Origin: Candidatus Bathyarchaeota archaeon
Lineage (GTDB): Archaea > Thermoproteota > Bathyarchaeia > Bathyarchaeales > Bathycorpusculaceae
Length of the DNA stretch: 64,000 nt
Reading direction: 5' to 3'
Assembly (NCBI GenBank): GCA_963772455.1
Contig: CAVYXJ010000010.1
Location: forward strand, 320,001-384,000
A model generated the notes under the pieces. It saw only the letters and a program-made list of their open reading frames with translations. It did not search any database and was not told where the DNA came from. Made by a program: the position numbers and the translations under genes. Within the stretch, counting starts at the first letter, position 1, and each line of letters starts with the position of its first letter. Positions 61,637 to 64,000 of this stretch are shown here, in pieces.

Positions 61637-63298
61637 GTGAGTCAAATGTTTTGTTTTCAGTGTGAGCAGACTGCACAGGGAAAGGGCTGCACAGCTTTTG
61701 GTGTTTGTGGAAAAAATCCTGAGGTCGCCGCGCTTCAGGACTTGTTGGTCTACTTGCTTAGAGGGTTATCTCAGTTATCAATAGAAGGGCGAAAAATTAG
61801 CGTCAAAGATGAGCAATTAAACCTGTTCATCTGCGAGTCAGCCTTCGCCACATTAACAAATGTGAACTTCGACCCGGACACATTAATCGAATACATAGTC
61901 AAGGCAGCGAGACTTCGTGATACCTTACGTGAAAAGGTGCGATCAGGCGGGGGCTATGTAGAACTTCATGGACCAGTTGATATGCTCCTTGAAAAGACGT
62001 CGGAAGGATTAATTAGACAGGGAAAACAGGTTGGGGTGAATGCTGATCCCTCAATAGACCCTGACTTGAATGGGCTTCACTGGCTCTTAATCTACGGATT
62101 AAAAGGAGTATCAGCCTACGCTTATCATGCCTACCTTTTTGGAAAAAAAGATGACAGCGTTTTCGAGTTTATTCAGCAAGGTCTTGCAGCGACGCTGGAC
62201 AAGTCTTTGGGCGTTAATGACTTTTTAGGTCTCGCTTTGAAATGTGGTGAAGTCAACATCCGAGCAATGGAGCTTTTGGATGCTGGAAATACTGAAACCT
62301 ATGGTCATCCTGTGCCAACTAAGGTTCCGCTTGGACATAAGAAAGGCAAAGCTATCCTTCTTTCAGGCCATGACCTTATTGATTTGGAACAGATGTTGAT
62401 ACAAACCCAGGGAAAAGACATTACGGTCTATAGTCATGGAGAAATGTTGCCTTCACACGGATACCCAGAGCTAAAGAAATACCCCAACTTCTACGGACAC
62501 TACGGAACTGCATGGCAAAACCAGCAAAAAGAATTTGCCGCTTTTCCTGGTGCCATATTGATGACTACTAACTGCATTCAAAGACCTATCGAAAGCTACA
62601 GGGGAAACATTTTCACTTCAGGACCAGTCGGCTACCCAGGTGTACCACATATATCCGGAAAAGACTTCTCAGCAGTGATTAACAAAGCCCTAGAACTACC
62701 AGGCTTCCCCGAAGACATTGAAGGCAAAACCGTCCTCGTAGGTTTTGGCAGAAATGCTGTGCTTTCATTGGCGGATAAGATAGTAGACTCAGTAATGAAT
62801 GGGCATATTAACTCCTTCTTCCTCGTAGCCGGCTGCGATGGCGCTAAACCTGGACGCAACTACTATACCGAGTTTGTTGAAAAATCGCCAAAAGACTCTA
62901 TCATTCTGACTCTGGCATGTGGAAAATTCCGGTTCTTCGACAAAGACATAGGCGAAATCGACGGTATCCCCCGATTACTGGATATAGGACAATGCAACGA
63001 CTCTTATTCAGCTGTTAAAATAGCCCAAGCCTTTGCCGATATCTTCAAATGTGGGATAAACGAATTGCCGTTGTTCTTCATACTTTCATGGTATGAACAA
63101 AAGGCTGTAGCCATTCTGCTGTCTCTTTTCCACTTAGGCGTGAAAAACATTCGCTTAGGACCAAGTTTTCCAGCATTTATCACCCCAAACATTCTCAAAA
63201 TACTTGTCGAAAAATTCAACATAATGCCTATAAAAACTCCAGAAGAAGACCTAAAAACAATTATCGATTATGTCAATGGGGTTTCTGTCAAAGCATGA
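61637..63298 (+). CDS. hcp: Hybrid cluster protein (hydroxylamine/NO reductase), class I
   Basis: CFQCEQT..GC..GVCGK, GHD, HGEM, TTNC, GCDG, ACGK, GQCND, WYEQK. Confidence 0.95.
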   Translation: MSQMFCFQCEQTAQGKGCTAFGVCGKNPEVAALQDLLVYLLRGLSQLSIEGRKISVKDEQLNLFICESAFATLTNVNFDPDTLIEYIVKAARLRDTLREKVRSGGGYVELHGPVDMLLEKTSEGLIRQGKQVGVNADPSIDPDLNGLHWLLIYGLKGVSAYAYHAYLFGKKDDSVFEFIQQGLAATLDKSLGVNDFLGLALKCGEVNIRAMELLDAGNTETYGHPVPTKVPLGHKKGKAILLSGHDLIDLEQMLIQTQGKDITVYSHGEMLPSHGYPELKKYPNFYGHYGTAWQNQQKEFAAFPGAILMTTNCIQRPIESYRGNIFTSGPVGYPGVPHISGKDFSAVINKALELPGFPEDIEGKTVLVGFGRNAVLSLADKIVDSVMNGHINSFFLVAGCDGAKPGRNYYTEFVEKSPKDSIILTLACGKFRFFDKDIGEIDGIPRLLDIGQCNDSYSAVKIAQAFADIFKCGINELPLFFILSWYEQKAVAILLSLFHLGVKNIRLGPSFPAFITPNILKILVEKFNIMPIKTPEEDLKTIIDYVNGVSVKA

Positions 63299-63389
63299 AT
63301 ACTATAGTGAGCTAAAGACTGACGAGGTCTGTTAAAGTCCCTACTTTTCATATTGATTACTGGATTAACGGTAGCATTAAAAGTGTCTT

Positions 63390-63867
63390 TTGTCATTAAT
63401 TAAAGAAGAGTTAGGAGCTAGTTTTGAAATGTCTTGGCTGAAAGCTATGAGAGAGAAAGAACCACCTGAACCAGTCAATCCAATTGGAACCGTTGTGATT
63501 GGCACTCTTTACCCGGAAGTAATGGACACTGCTAAAGACATGGTTAGAAGATCTCTCAAACTTGCGCAGTTTAAAGCTGTTGATGTTGGGAAAGGAGTTT
63601 CTCCAGCAACTTTTGCTTCAAAGGCAAGAGAGGTAAATGCCGATATAATTGTAGTGTCTGTTTTGCTCACAGCCGCAAAAGAGAATCTTCCAAAGCTAAT
63701 TTCTGCTTTAGAGCTTGAAGGATTAAAGGGCAGAACTGTAATTATTGGGGGCGCTGCGGTGACCAAAGATGATGCAGAAAAAATCGGTGCACTGTTTGGC
63801 GAAAGCTAGAGAAGACGCTGTAGCTTTAGCGAAGAAAGCAATGGAGCAAAAGCGGATCAGAACTTGA
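63390..63867 (+). CDS. B12-binding (corrinoid protein-like) domain lacking the axial His; frameshift near 63807
   Basis: GTVVIGTL, VDVG, ADII..SVLLT, IIGGAAVT; shifted frame ends REDAVALAKKAMEQKRIRT*. Confidence 0.75.
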
Positions 63868-64000
63868 AATTTTTATTTGATGAACTCACTTTTGCATTAC
63901 ACGGTGAGAACCGGATAGTTGCCGATAATAGAACATAATCTCTTTCAAAGACTTTCTTTCTCAAAATGCAAAAAACAGAATGCGAGGATTACACCCAAAC

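Noticed and set aside
63807-63809. TAG in a corrinoid-type gene as a pyrrolysine codon
   Set aside because: In-frame read-through gives non-homologous sequence; the expected last helix (REDAVALAKK) is in another frame, so it is a 1-nt insertion
1-64000. CRISPR array, rRNA, transposase, integrase or reverse transcriptase/DGR
   Set aside because: No regularly spaced repeats, rRNA-like segment or corresponding protein motifs seen by eye

Overview
Archaeal chromosomal window, most consistent with Bathyarchaeia (inferred from gene content and sequence style, not from a database search). It is mostly core genes: a proteasome/exosome operon (psmA-sdo1-rrp4-rrp41-rrp42-rpl37ae-pcc1), the rps13-rps4-rps11-rpoD-rpl18e-rpl13-rps9-rpoN operon, thermosome, a five-gene archaeal glutamate synthase operon, smc-scpA-scpB, rps8e, srp19, gltX, eno-rps2-MEMO1 and aIF5B. 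An unusually complete 'modified' mevalonate/isoprenoid cluster (mvk, UbiD-type decarboxylase, aconitase-X-type dehydratase L/S, ipk, fni, idsA) is interrupted by toxin-antitoxin modules and gene relics. There are two tRNAs: Glu-CTC and an intron-containing Ser-GGA. Best candidate for an undescribed system: a minus-strand locus at 12.9-15.7 kb (wHTH regulator, type IV pilin, coiled-coil protein, roadblock-beta-barrel fusion, roadblock) in which the regulator and pilin promoters share a 19-bp motif. Other leads are a G/T-rich three-way-junction element at 45.74-45.90 kb, an AT3 acyltransferase + SGNH pair, and a B12-binding-fold protein next to hcp with Met in place of the cobalt-ligating His. 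Many single-base frameshifts between about 47 and 56.5 kb (mvk, eno, a histidine kinase, MoaD) probably reflect long-read assembly errors. All assignments come from reading motifs by eye.
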